Below, piece by piece: positions 37,765 to 50,332 of a stretch of DNA of 63,629 nucleotides. Position numbers and translations under genes: made by a program. Under the pieces are notes generated by a model. The model saw nothing but the letters and a program-made list of their open reading frames with translations, was not told the origin of the DNA and ran no database searches. Position 1 is the first letter of the stretch. Every line of letters starts with the position of its first letter. The stretch lies in NCBI RefSeq assembly GCF_001194135.2, contig NC_068998.1, forward strand, positions 35,966,827-36,030,455. The letters run 5' to 3'. The stretch is from Octopus bimaculoides (Eukaryota).

Positions 37765-38439
37765 ATGTATATACCATCCAGTGGACTCCTGCAGTTTTTA
37801 TCCCAAATTTCACTCAGAAGCCTGAGATTAAATAATGGATACTGATGTCCAACCCATGACAGCATGGAGGGCAAATGTTAAATGATGATGAGGTTATGGA
37901 AGAAGATACTTGTTGAAGGTGAAATTGAATCCAGAATCATATGACTGTAAACCAAACTTCTTAACCACACAGCTATGCCTGTTCATTTAGTTAAATCAAT
38001 TATTGCAGCTGCCTTCTTATTAATCCTTACAAGATCAACTCTATGTGACCAATCACCTGCATTAAAGTGATCATATTTAAATTATTGTCTCAGTGAAAAT
38101 TACATTTTAATATGAATAATAATGAGATTTTAATTGGTCAACATTACTATCAACAACAACAACAACAACAATGTCTACAACCAGTATGTTACTGTAAAGC
38201 CTTGATTATATTGAAAATTTATTGAAACATGTGTGCAGTCTACTCATTAATTAGAAATATAATCAGAGAAGTATTAGTTACCCGTTCATATGAGGTATCC
38301 TCCTTAGAAGACATAAATCATTCTACAATTAAGCATTAACCCAGCCAATGAAGTTAACATTATTAAAATGGTACGTCTATATATATTAGACACCCTTGGT
38401 GTGTATAAATTATTTACAAGTGTCAGAGATTTTGTTTTA

Positions 38440-39712
38440 ATTAGGTTGGCCAAAATGTCCATTGTTTTTTTATTGTTTTTCTTTTTAACAAAAATTCACA
38501 GACCGATTTATTCAGTCAATGATATACTCACCATTTTGTTCAGTATCTTTTGCTATCTTGTGGGCAGATTCATTATTTCCAGCTGAAAGAGTGTCCTGTC
38601 TTTACTGGTGAAAAGCTCTTCCAGATGAATTTTTTCTTCATTTTCAAAGTTCAAGGTCTGTCCATTCAATGAATTTTGAAGAGACCAAAACAAGTGGAAA
38701 TCTGAAGGTGCAAGGTTGGACAAATATGGAAAGTATGGCAAGACTTCCCAGCCAAGCCCGAGTAACTCTTGCTGTGTCTGCAAATGGTGTGCAGTCTGGA
38801 ATTGTCGTGATGAAAGACAATGCTCTTATGATTAGCAAATACTGGATGCTTCTAGTGGATTGTTGTGTTTAATTTATCCAGCTGGTCACAGTACATGTTC
38901 AAATTGACAGTCCTGTCCATGGGTAGAAACACAACATTCTTCTGTCCCACCAGATTGAAAGCATAACCTATTTCAAATGAAATCTTGTTTTGAATGTTGT
39001 TTGTGGTGGTTCGCTGTGCTTCCCCTATGATTGTTTGCACTTCATATTGTTATAGATGATCTATTTTTCGTCTCCTGTCCCCATTCTCTTCAAAAGAAGG
39101 ATCATTTTCTTCATGTTTCTGCAACAAATTGCAGATGAAAATCTTTTGGATGAGGTTAGCTGCATTCAATTAGTGTGGGACCAAACATCAAGCCTGCTGA
39201 TGTAACTAAGTAGAGGCAAATGATTTTCAACACTTGGTTTGGATATCTGGAGAACATCTGTGATTGTCCTGGTCAGATAGTGTGGCTTGGTATCGACTAA
39301 ATCTTTCATTTTGCACTGTTAATCTTGGTTGGCTGACCAGAGCAAGGTGTATCTTGAACCAAGAAATTTCCTGATAAAAATCTTGGAAACCACTTTTGGC
39401 AGACATATTCTACAACTGCATCCTCTTTGTATACAGTGCATGTCTTCCTGCAGTTTTCTGCCACTTGGCTTACCTTTTTTGAAATACAAAACCATGAGTT
39501 GTTGATAATGTTTGTTTTGGTTCTCCATTTCCTGGGTGATCCCTAGCACACAAAATACAACCTGTCTTCTCACAAGTTCATATCAAACTACACTGGAGTA
39601 TCAAGTATCTAACAAGTGCATATTCACAAGGGACACACTGAAGTTAGCAACTTAGTAAAGTGCTTGAAGTTTAGTGTTACCAAAAACCAAAAGGACTTTT
39701 GGCCAACCCTAT
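38440..39712 (-). mobile_element. Full-length but decayed mariner transposon (about 1.27 kb)
   Basis: TIRs attaggttggccaaaatgtcc and (reverse complement) atagggttggccaaaagtcc. Transposase remnants MENQNKHYQQLMVLYFKKGK, DCTPFADTARV and GWEVLPYFPYLSNLAPSDFHLFWSLQNSL. Confidence 0.88.
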
Positions 39713-40080
39713 GTATATCTTTTAATAGTCAGAGATTTTAACGTTACCATAACTTACAGTCCAAGTTGCTGCATCTGTAATTTGTTACATGTATTTGTCA
39801 GTATTGTGGTTTGGGTTTGATTGCCAGTCCAGTGATGCATTGTGTTCTTGAGCAAAATACTTCATTTCATGTTGCTCCAGCCAACTCATCTGTAAAATTG
39901 GTAATCCTGTGATAGACTGGCATCCCATTCAAGGGCAGCATTGTGCTGCCCACCTAAACAACAGGATGGTATCATTTGAAAGCAACAACAATGCAAGGAA
40001 GTGCGTTGTGACCAGCAGTGTTAACAACATCCAGTAAGTTGGCTGATATAGTGATACAGCTTTTTTTCTTTTCTTTACAG

Positions 40081-40319
40081 ATATACTAGAAATCTTGTAG
40101 ATGAAGGAAATGGCAAATATAACCTGATGATCCTCTGCTGGAATGAAAGTCAAGGGAGCAGCATCCATTCCCATTCAGAATCTCATTGCTTCCTGAAAGT
40201 TTTGTCAGGAATTGTTAAAGAAGAGCTATTTGAATGGCCCTCAGACTCCAGAGAGGAATCAAAAATGAGCAAAAGTCATGAGGCAATATTTGAAGAAAAC
40301 TCTGTTACTTACATCAATG
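40081..40319 (+). CDS. CDO1: Cysteine dioxygenase type 1, internal coding exon (239 nt; phase 2 in, phase 1 out)
   Basis: Acceptor tttttttcttttctttacag, donor G|gtaaag. Encodes (R)[79 protein letters not shown](D), which aligns to human CDO1 residues 57-135 including R60, H86, H88 and C93. Confidence 0.96.
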
Positions 40320-41751
40320 GTAAAGTATTCTTTTCTTTTGTTAATCCTGACTATTTTTTGTTTATATTAGAAGTTAGCACAGTTGAGAGTCCCTTACCTG
40401 AAATTCCTGATTTGCAAATTTTGAAGTATCTTTATATTTGCATCTATAAAATGGAATGGCTTTGGGATGGAGCCTGTGTCTAAACACAATATCCATTTAC
40501 ATTTCTGTAAAGTTTTTGGAGTTAGGAAGAGCATCCAGCTGTAAAAACTGTCAAGACAGATAGAAGAGCATGGCACATTCCTAAGGCTTGCCAGCTCTTG
40601 TCAAACTGTCCAGCCCATTACAGCATGGAAGACAGACATTAAATGACAGGTAACAACTATGATGACTTTTTCTTAATATAGCTTTGCTTATACACATACT
40701 CTGAATGTAGTTTTATATGATTTTTCAATAATCTTTTATGCATAATACCAACAGCAAGGTAAGATATTAGTCTTCATCTACGTTTTGATTAAAAGTTAGC
40801 AGTATGCATATGTCATTCATGTTTTATTTTTTACCAAACACGTGTTATGTTTTATGTAAGGTATTAAAACAAAGTTTTTAACATGGTTACTGATAAATTA
40901 AATGGAAACTGAAAAAGTCATCATTGTATTTTGAAAGTAATGTACAAGTAATCCTGTTAGTCAAGTTACACTCATACATGGAGCTGAAATTCAGATCTCA
41001 CATAAAGAGATAATATACTTACTGTAAAAGGTTACAGTAAGCACAGGCATGGCGTGTGTGATTGAGAAACTTGCTTCCTAACTATTTAGTCTCAGGTTCA
41101 ATCTCATCTCACTGTGTACTAACTACATTGGGCAAGTGTCTTCTGCTACAGACCTGGCCAACAAAAGCCTTATGTGTGGATTTTAGTAGATGGAAACTGG
41201 AAGAAGCCCATCGTATATATATGTGTGTGTTTATCTTAACATCATGTGGTGGTTATAAATGAGTAGCATCATCATATATGCTATGTTGTTTGTTGCCAGT
41301 CTTCTGTCCAGCCATTGGGGAAATATTACGTTGCTGGGAAACAAACAAAAGTTGGTGACAGGAAGAGCATCCTGTCGTAGAAAGTCTGCCTCAACAAACT
41401 CCATTAGAATCTTCAAGTCCATACAAGCATGGCAAATTGGACACAAAATGGTGGGAGAGGGGTTGGGGGAACAGCAGTGGCATTAAGAAAATCTCTGAAT
41501 AACAATATAAAAACAAAACAAAACAAACGACCTACTGTTTAACCAAGTTAAATAAATAATCAATTAATTAGTTGGATAGTTAACCAATTGACTAATAATA
41601 AAGGAGTGGAATTGAACAAGTATTTGTGTTAGTAATATTGGCATAATGACTCTCTTTAGACCCATGAAAATTTGTTTTAATGCAATGAATTCACATTAAG
41701 AATCTTGCAAACCAGAAACAAATATGAAGCAAAATATTAATGATAATACTG

Positions 41752-42135
41752 ATCATCATCATTTAACATCTTCTTTCCATGCTAGCATGGGTTGGACGAT
41801 TTGACTGAGGACTGGTGAACCAGATAGTTGCACCAGGCTCCAATCTCATCTGGCAGAGTTTCTACACCTGGATGCCCTTCCTAATGCCAACCACTCTGAG
41901 AGTGTAGTGGGTGCTTTTACGTGCCACCGGCATGAAGGCCAGTCAAGCGGTACTGGCAACGGCCACGCTCAAAATGGTGTATTTTACGTGCCACCTGCAC
42001 AGGAGCCAGTCCAGCGGCACTGGCAACGATCTCGCTCGAATGACTTCTCACATGCCAGGAACGCGATGCTGCGGCACAAGTGCCAGGAAGGCGATGCTGG
42101 TAACGGTCACGCTCGAACGGTGGTGCCGTCATGAT
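41752..42135 (-). mobile_element. RTE-type 3' UTR/tail copy (same family as 24015)
   Basis: catcatcatttaacatc...catgctagcatgggttggacg...ggatgcccttcctaatgccaacc. Shorter relatives lie at about 18250-18470, 32005-32135, 40495-40660, 43195-43400, 45590-45715, 52675-52830 and 55620-55810. Confidence 0.8.
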
Positions 42136-42280
42136 TTCAATGAGTTTTATCAGGCACTATGATCTAAAAAAGTAGTGATGCGATATCTGGAAAATTCAGC
42201 TATCCATGTTTCATTCCCAGTGGTACTGAATTGGAAAGAGAGTTTACCGTATTATATTTGCACATAATATTCTTATTTAA

Positions 42281-42721
42281 TCCATTAACATTCTGATTGC
42301 TCTGTCAAATGCAGTGTTTATTCATTCATATTGTTTTAAATTATCCCTTTAACGTTTAAACCAGTTATATCTGGCCCAAATATTTTCTCTGTTTTGTGCT
42401 CAAACCAGCTAGATCAGACCCCTCACATCTGGTTGACAATGTCATTCTAAAAATAAACAATCACATTATTGAACTCTCAAAGCTATGCAATACACACACG
42501 ATTAATTCAAAACATTGTGAATAAATAAGTATTATGTTTGATAGGATTATCTGAATGCTAATGGGTTAATCCTGCATTGTCTCGTAGCTTTGAAATATTG
42601 ATGATGTAATTGTTTATTTTTAGTATGACATCAAGGGTAGGGTGTGATAGGCTGGACCTGGCAAGTTTGAACATAAAGCAGAATATTTGGGCCAGATACA
42701 ACCAGGTTAAATGCTAAAGGG
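42281..42721 (-). mobile_element. piggyBac-like MITE (outer, - strand) interrupted by a same-family + strand copy at 42345-42565
   Basis: Outer flanks TTAA (42277-42280) and tgaa (42722-42725). Inner flanks ttat (42341-42344) and TTAA (42566-42569). The outer halves rejoin into one colinear family copy. Confidence 0.8.
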
Positions 42722-44906
42722 TGAAACCAATTTTATATGAAAATCACCAGTAGAGTAGTATGAAGGTCATAATCAGAGCTTGACAAGATATAGATGACAA
42801 AGATCAACTGACTGATTGACTTGCTTGGAAATTTGCTGGATCTGTAACACAATATAAGAGAACCCATGAACACTCTATTGAAGATTTTCCATTGACCAAA
42901 CAAAGATTGACAATTAAATTAGCCCAGTATTAATTTTCAAATCTATGCAAAAGAATTGTTGAAAGTATATAGATATATAGATAGAACTCCTGGTTAGATT
43001 AAACCTGAATGAGCACACCATTGATTAAATGCATTCCAGCTGTCACTATTCTGGGTTTGTTTTTTTTAATAACATTTTGGTCTTTTTTTTTTTCTGTTTT
43101 GGCAATACATGTAGGACTGTTATCCAATATGCCTCTTTAAACCTGAGTTGATAAATCTTTTGCCTTTGATTCATGACCAAGACAATCGTCATCATCATCA
43201 TTGTCACAATCATCATCATCATTTAATGTCCATGTTCCATGCTGGCATGAATGGGATGGTTTGACAGGATACAATGTGTCCTAGGACCACATCGAGCTCC
43301 TGTGTTTGCTTTGGCATGATTTTTTATGGCTGGATGTCCTTAATGCCAACCACTGTACAGCATAGCCTGGGTGCTTTTTTTTGTGCCACCTGTGCTATTG
43401 AGGTTGCTATGTGGTTTGTAGGAGCCTTGGGGTAGATGAATGAGGTGTCATCTTCATGCTAGGAGATGACAGGGATAGAGCAGATTCCTACCAAGGGATC
43501 TGCATGGCTACTCACATCTGGTGAGGTAAAGAGGCAGCAGTAGAGATTGAGAAAATGTTCGGTAGGAGCTGCAAGGCATAAGTGATGATAAGGAGCCCCG
43601 GTGGCCTCTTAAGGCACAAGCTGAGTAGAAGTGGGTGGTTTTGAAGATTATATGGGAAAGTGAATGAGGGGTAGAAAAGGCAGACTACCAAAATAGATGG
43701 GGTTGAAAAGTGGATGAGACAAGAACCATGAGCTGAGAAGAATATAGCGATACAGAAAAATGGGGTTGGGGTAAGCAGCAGGAGTAGAAAGATGATACAG
43801 TTGGAGACAAAAGAGTGGGAAGAGGTAGGTCTAGTGCATGAGTGGTGGGAGCCATTGGAATGAGTTGAGAATCAATATGAAGAATTCAAAAGTTACTGCA
43901 GCCATTATGTTGTAATTCTGAGCTGAGTATTTTCTGGGGAGGAAAGACTGGATTTAGTGGTTAGGGAGGGCCCTGAAAAGATGGGTAGCAAGTAAAGAAG
44001 CTAAGTCAGTAGAGAGTGCTCATGGAAAGGTAGCACAAGACCAGCCAACCAGCTTCAAAGAGCTGAGACTTGTGTAGTAGTGACAGAAAAGACTGGGAGA
44101 AAGGAGATGGCAAGTCTGTTGGACAAAGGCTGAAGTGAATTGGTGTGTGATTTTGTCTTCACCTCCATCCTACTCTTAACCCCAACCTGCCTAATGTCAA
44201 ATACTGCTGCTGTTTCTGCTGCTGATGACCATACTCTAAAGACCTATATTATTTAGTACTCTTCCTGTACATATGCATTAACACAGATAATAGTAAAAGT
44301 GCATTAGGTTGATGAAAAGCTGCAAGGACATTCAACAGAAGCCTGAAACACAAAACAACCAATGACATTCACTAAAAGGTGGCTGTGGGAGAAGCTATTT
44401 TGAACTTATTTCCATCAGTTTTCCCTTTCTTCCCTTCCATCCTTGCACTTTCTCTTTCTCTCTCTATCCTTTCTGTCTCCCTATTTCACTGTCCTCTCTC
44501 TTTTATTATCTACAACACATCTAACCACTTTTCATTTACCCATCACCAACCAGTTGTTGAAATTTCAAAAGTGTATTACCATAACTGCATTGCACTACAG
44601 GCTATTAGGAAACACCACTACCCTCCACATTGCAACTACTCTCTCTCTCCCTCTCTCTCTTTCTTACACTTTCTTCCTTAGTCTTTCATTAGCACCACCC
44701 CACTCCTTTAATTGAAACCATTTATTCTATACTGCCTTTGAGAACGTTAAAGTTCCTGGATGAAAACTGTTCAAAGTGTTGATTCAATGAGACAGGAAAA
44801 CTAAAAGTTGGCATCTGTATATATGTATATACATACATAGACACACATACACTTACACACACACGTCTAAAACTCTCTCACATACATATACATATGTGTA
44901 TGTACA

Positions 44907-44954
<48 letters not shown>

Positions 44955-46750
44955 GATATTTATATTTGTATTATACATATAAATAGTATGCTCATGAGAA
45001 ATTAAGTCCAGATACATTTTTTGGGACTTAATATGTTTATGTGTGTGTGTGTGTGTGATAATTGCTCAAAGGTGAACAGTAATTAAAGCCAGGCATATAC
45101 AAGTTAATGATACCTATAAAATTTGATATGATAATAGTTTAACCTTTTCTTGTCGGTGCATGAACTCTGTCAAAATTTGGCCTGTTAATTCAATGATTTA
45201 AAGTCTGTTGCTCTACAGCAGCTAACGTGAAAGCAGAAGGCATACTGAATTTAACAGGACACAAACATCATAAAGATCACTTAACAGCAAGTGTGTCACT
45301 GCTGTTAGATGGGTTAGGGATCTTCTAATTTAATGACTGAAAGGTGGACAAGTCAGATTTGGTTATCAAAGCTAATAGCAAATTTCCCACAGATTGCACC
45401 CTACTACATGGAAAACAGGATACATTGCAGTCCTTGCTATGCAATACCTGGGAGAAAGATAGAATGGTATCATGTTCTGAATGGGATGCATTTGATTGTG
45501 AACCTGCTTTATCAAGCTTGATCTGGAGCTCACTCACTATTATTGTTAGTAGTTACAAAATGAACAGATAGAGCATCTATCTATCTTGTCTGTCTTCCAT
45601 GCTGGCATGAGCTGGACAGTTTGACAGGAGCTGGCCAGCACCAGACTTCTGTGTCTGTTTTGGCAGGATTTTTATGGTTGGATGCCCTTCCTAACACCAA
45701 CCACCCAGCAGAGTATGTATTATATTAGGTCATATTATATTATATATTATATTATATAATTGAAACAGGTGTAAGGGATGATGATTAATTTGCTGTTAAT
45801 AACAAACAATTAACTTCCTAATTTCCATTTTCTTTTTCTTCTTTTATATATATATACATATGTATATATATATATATATATATNNNNNNNNNNNNNNNNN
45901 NNNNNNNNNNNNNNNNNNNNNNNNNNNNNNNNNNNNNNNNNNNNNNNNNNNNNNNNNNNNNNNNNNNNNNNNNNNNNNNNNNNNNNNNNNNNNNNNNNNN
46001 NNNNNNNNNNNNNNNNNNNNNNNNNNNNNNNNNNNNNNNNNNNNNNNNNNNNNNNNNNNNNNNNNNNNNNNNNNNNNNNNNNNNNNNNNNNNNNNNNNNN
46101 NNNNNNNNNNNNNNNNNNNNNNNNNNNNNNNNNNNNNNNNNNNNNNNNNNNNNNNNNNNNNNNNNNNNNNNNNNNNNNNNNNNNNNNNNNNNNNNNNNNN
46201 NNNNNNNNNNNNNNNNNNNNNNNNNNNNNNNNNNNNNNNNNNNNNNNNNNNNNNNNNNNNNNNNNNNNNNNNNNNNNNNNNNNNNNNNNNNNNNNNNNNN
46301 NNNNNNNNNNNNNNNNNNNNNNNNNNNNNNNNNNNNNNNNNNNNNNNNNNNNNNNNNNNNNNNNNNNNNNNNNNNNNNNNNNNNNNNNNNNNNNNNNNNN
46401 NNNNNNNNNNNNNNNNNNNNNNNNNNNNNNNNNNNNNNNNNNNNNNNNNNNNNNNNNNNNNNNNNNNNNNNNNNNNNNNNNNNNNNNNNNNNNNNNNNNN
46501 NNNNNNNNNNNNNNNNNNNNNNNNNNNNNNNNNNNNNNNNNNNNNNNNNNNNNNNNNNNNNNNNNNNNNNNNNNNNNNNNNNNNNNNNNNNNNNNNNNNN
46601 NNNNNNNNNNNNNNNNNNNNNNNNNNNNNNNNNNNNNNNNNNNNNNNNNNNNNNNNNNNNNNNNNNNNNNNNNNNNNNNNNNNNNNNNNNNNNNNNNNNN
46701 NNNNNNNNNNNNNNNNNNNNNNNNNNNNNNNNNNNNNNNNNNNNNNNNNN

Positions 46751-46821
<71 letters not shown>

Positions 46822-46836
46822 ATACATACATACATA

Positions 46837-46888
<52 letters not shown>

Positions 46889-47586
46889 TTACATGTGTGT
46901 GTGTAGTGAGAGAAAGACTGACAGATATATGATTTCATACACTTTTCCTATCTGCTTTGATATCACCTCCAACCAAATACACATACACCCACACTACTGC
47001 ACGAATGAGATCAACCTTCACCTTGCTTGTCATCTGTTACATAGAAACATGATCCACATGTGAAAACCTCACTTGAATTGCATAATCATGGTTGGCATTC
47101 TTTTACACATTTTCAGCATGATATAACCTGTTAATTATCAATTACTTTCATTAAAATTAAAGGTGAAATTAATTACAGTCTGAAAGAAATTCATAGAATA
47201 TTTTTTGTTTGCTTTTTTCCTTCATTGAATGCTTGTAGTTTAGGAATTGAGAGAATATTCTTAGTATTTATGAGGAATTCTGCCTCGTGAAAATGTCATA
47301 GAATAGCCAATCACCCATGAATAATGTTTGAGATGTAGATACCTTTTCAGGTTGTTAATTCTTCACATATACATGAAACATATTTCACTCATTTTATTTC
47401 TTCTATAACTGAATATCTTTTCTTGCTCCTGCACATATTTCACCTCTATATAATACTGCACTTGCTATCCACCCCTAATAGTTCAAAGATAGACAAGACT
47501 GTCAGCAAATTTCCTATTCTCCCCTGCCTTGTTCTGTAATTGATAGTTCTTCATTGATAGGCTTTTATTCTTTTCTTATTTTCTAG

Positions 47587-47753
47587 ACTCTATTGGACTT
47601 CACCGGATGGAAAATCATAGCCACAGTGACAAAGCTATCACCTTACACCTGTACTCACCACCATTTCGTAGCTGTAAAACATTTGATGAAAGAACTGGAC
47701 ACGTGAGCATTGCTCCAATGACATTTTGGACTAAATATGGAAAGAAAGTTCTG
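47587..47753 (+). CDS. CDO1: Cysteine dioxygenase type 1, next coding exon (167 nt; phase 1 in, phase 0 out)
   Basis: Acceptor ttttcttattttctag, donor CTG|gtaaga. Encodes (D)SIGLHRMENHSHSDKAITLHLYSPPFRSCKTFDERTGHVSIAPMTFWTKYGKKVL with H140, H155, Y157, C164 and M179. The phase is compatible with the 40081 exon. If the donor is not used, the frame reads on to a stop at 47787-47789. Confidence 0.96.
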
Positions 47754-48293
47754 GTAAGAAACGGTTGTTTTCTTGTCACAGTATTATAATTATCTTATAA
47801 ATTCTGTTAAAACAGTGAGGTATGAATGTAACTGAGTCCATAACAATAAGGCAAGTGACCTTATGGCTAAAGGGATGGGCTCTTAATGCACCTAATCATG
47901 AGGTTGTAGATTCAGTTCCTGGATTTAAGTTGTCCTTAAACAAGGCCCTTCATTTCATATTGCTCTAGTTCACTCAGTTGAAATGAATAGCAGCTAAGTG
48001 CCGGTGCAGCTTCTCTTTCTCCCCAGCTGTTACATCCTAGCTGTCACACTGGATCACGAATAGGCTGAAAGAATATCTATGTCTGTTCACAACTACATAG
48101 GGAAGTATGATAATTAGTGCAAGTATGTTACATGCTGCCAAGTCAATAATACTCATTTGCAAATGACATCTACATTGTTTTCCTTATTATATTCAGTGCT
48201 GTTTTAAAAATGCTGTAATGAATATTTTTTTCTTCTCTTTATGAAGTGCAAAGTATATTGCATACTATTAGTATTGTCCACCTTACAATGCAG

Positions 48294-48332
48294 ATTGAAA
48301 GCATGGACAATGTACTGCAAGCAGCCAAATAA
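48294..48332 (+). CDS. Candidate short terminal CDO exon (IESMDNVLQAAK*)
   Basis: cag acceptor, phase 0, 12 codons then TAA, similar in size to the short vertebrate last exon. The pyrimidine tract is weak and there is no sequence similarity to support it. Confidence 0.2.
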   Translation: MESMDNVLQAAK

Positions 48333-48649
48333 TCCTGCATGTATTCATGATGAGATACATAAAACAGATCATGTGCACAACATACGGAGACAAGGTTTGG
48401 AACACCTTATCTCTACATGATCTGTTTCATGGGAAAAGTCAAGCTTCTTAACCCTTTTGATACCAAGCCACTCGAAACCACCCCTAATTCTATGAGACAA
48501 ACTTCTTGTTTTTAAATCAAAACCTTCCAACAAAATTCACATTCATTTTTGTTTCAAATACCAGTTTGAAAATGTTGAAGTTATTTTACTAAATTCTCGA
48601 TTACTTTCAAAATGAATTAAAGCAAAAGCACTACAGTCCAACAGAAATA

Positions 48650-49230
48650 TGGTGTTTGGAGTGATCACTAGTGATGGTGATGTTATGCTTCCATTTGTCT
48701 TCCCACACATCCTCAGACTCAACACAAGTGCCTAGAGGAGGTAGTGCTGCCCTGGTTCAAGAGGGTGGCTGCTGGAAGACCCTATGTCTGGCAACAGGGC
48801 TCTGCACCATGCCACATAAGCAGGAGAACCCAGTCATGGCTGTCAGACAATTTCTGTGACCACATCACCCATAACAACTGGCCACCTAACTTGCCAGACT
48901 GTAACGCCCTTGATTATTATGTGTGGGGCGCAGTTGAGCAAGAAACCAACAAAACTCCTTGTGACACCAAAGATGAACTGAAAGTAAAGATTATGGCAGA
49001 GTTCACCAACTTAAACAAGGAGACTGTCCAGAAGACTTGCAGGAGATTCTGAAGTCATCTGGAGGCAGTGGTTGAAGTCAATAGTGATTTTATTGAATAA
49101 ATTTTCCCTTTAGTATTCCAAGATATATATATTTTTTTTTTATAATTTTGGTAAATATCTGTTAAAATAAAACATCACTGTTATTTTCATGTTTGCGTAA
49201 TTTAGACAACAGTTTATTCACTGCACACTA
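48650..49230 (+). mobile_element. Tc1/mariner DD37D (maT-like) transposase 3' half, decayed
   Basis: MVFGVITSDGDVM...VLPWFKRVAAGRPYVWQQGSAPCH...WPPNLPDCNALDYYVWGAVE...; 37 residues lie between the second Asp position (here Gly) and the third Asp. Confidence 0.88.
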
Positions 49231-49980
49231 TATATAGATTCACACACACACACACACATATATTTATATATATATATATACACATGCATGCATATACCTG
49301 GGTATTTCATGAAATTAACAATATATTATAGCATTTTGGCACATATTACAAAATATTTGATCATTAAAATAGGATTACTATATTTTCATTTCAAAAATTC
49401 AGGAGGCTCTTGTTTTATTTAAAAGGTTGGCTTTGCCATTTTCGGCAGGATATACTTGGTGTTTCTGCTGCCCTCTTCTTAGCACCAAAATGCTGGCAAC
49501 ATTTGTTCGTTTTGCCAAATTTGATTTGTGGATTGCTACTATAGTCCTTTTGTGGGGTCATAAGAAAAAGTAACCATCAACTAGTTTGGGTAGTTGAACA
49601 GTGTTCTTGATCAATATTTCATCTAATTTGATACTGTTCCTCAATTTGTTGTTCTCATGTAGCAATAGTCCTTTGCCTTTTGCCATCCAAATAATGCTGT
49701 CTGTCCACTACTAATTCCTGTGTTTGTGTGACCAAAGCTGTTAGCATCTTGTTAGTAGTTAGACCTGTCAAGCTATTTCGCTTTCTTCATATTGCTGTGC
49801 TTTCTTTCTCTTGGCCTCTAAATATGATCTTCCATATAAGGATCTGGAATGTTTCCAAGAAATTTGAAGTGAAATTACACTCCAAAATCCCTTCAAAATA
49901 GAAACAACTTCAAATATACTGGAAATGCACTTATTAATGTCGTTGCAACAGACTGTTTATCTGAATGTGTATGATATATC

Positions 49981-50019
<39 letters not shown>

Positions 50020-50072
50020 NNNNNNNNNNNNNNNNNNNNNNNNNNNNNNNNNNNNNNNNNNNNNNNNNNNNN

Positions 50073-50278
50073 TTTTATTTCCAACATATGTTTCGAAGAT
50101 TACAAATTATACCTTCCATAGGAATAGGTGATGTTGATAAGAATGTAATCTTCTCTTCAGGGAAATGCATGGGAACCAGCTTAACCATAAGACATTTTAA
50201 CCGAATATTCTTATCAACATCACCTATTCCTATGGAAGATATAATTTGTAATCTTTGAAACATATGTTGGAAATAAAA
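50073..50278. repeat. Hairpin: 72-bp arms (50073-50144 and 50207-50278), 62-nt loop
   Basis: 70/72 complementary by manual alignment; the left arm abuts an N-gap. Confidence 0.9.
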
Positions 50279-50332
50279 GTATTCAGTTAACATATGCGTT
50301 TTACTCCATTTACTAAATTTATATATATATAA

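Noticed and set aside
3075-46938. Long ORFs in the track dominated by X (e.g. 5433-6329, 11757-12700, 35143-36026, 45810-46938)
   Set aside because: They span N-gaps and flanking microsatellites, so they are artefacts.
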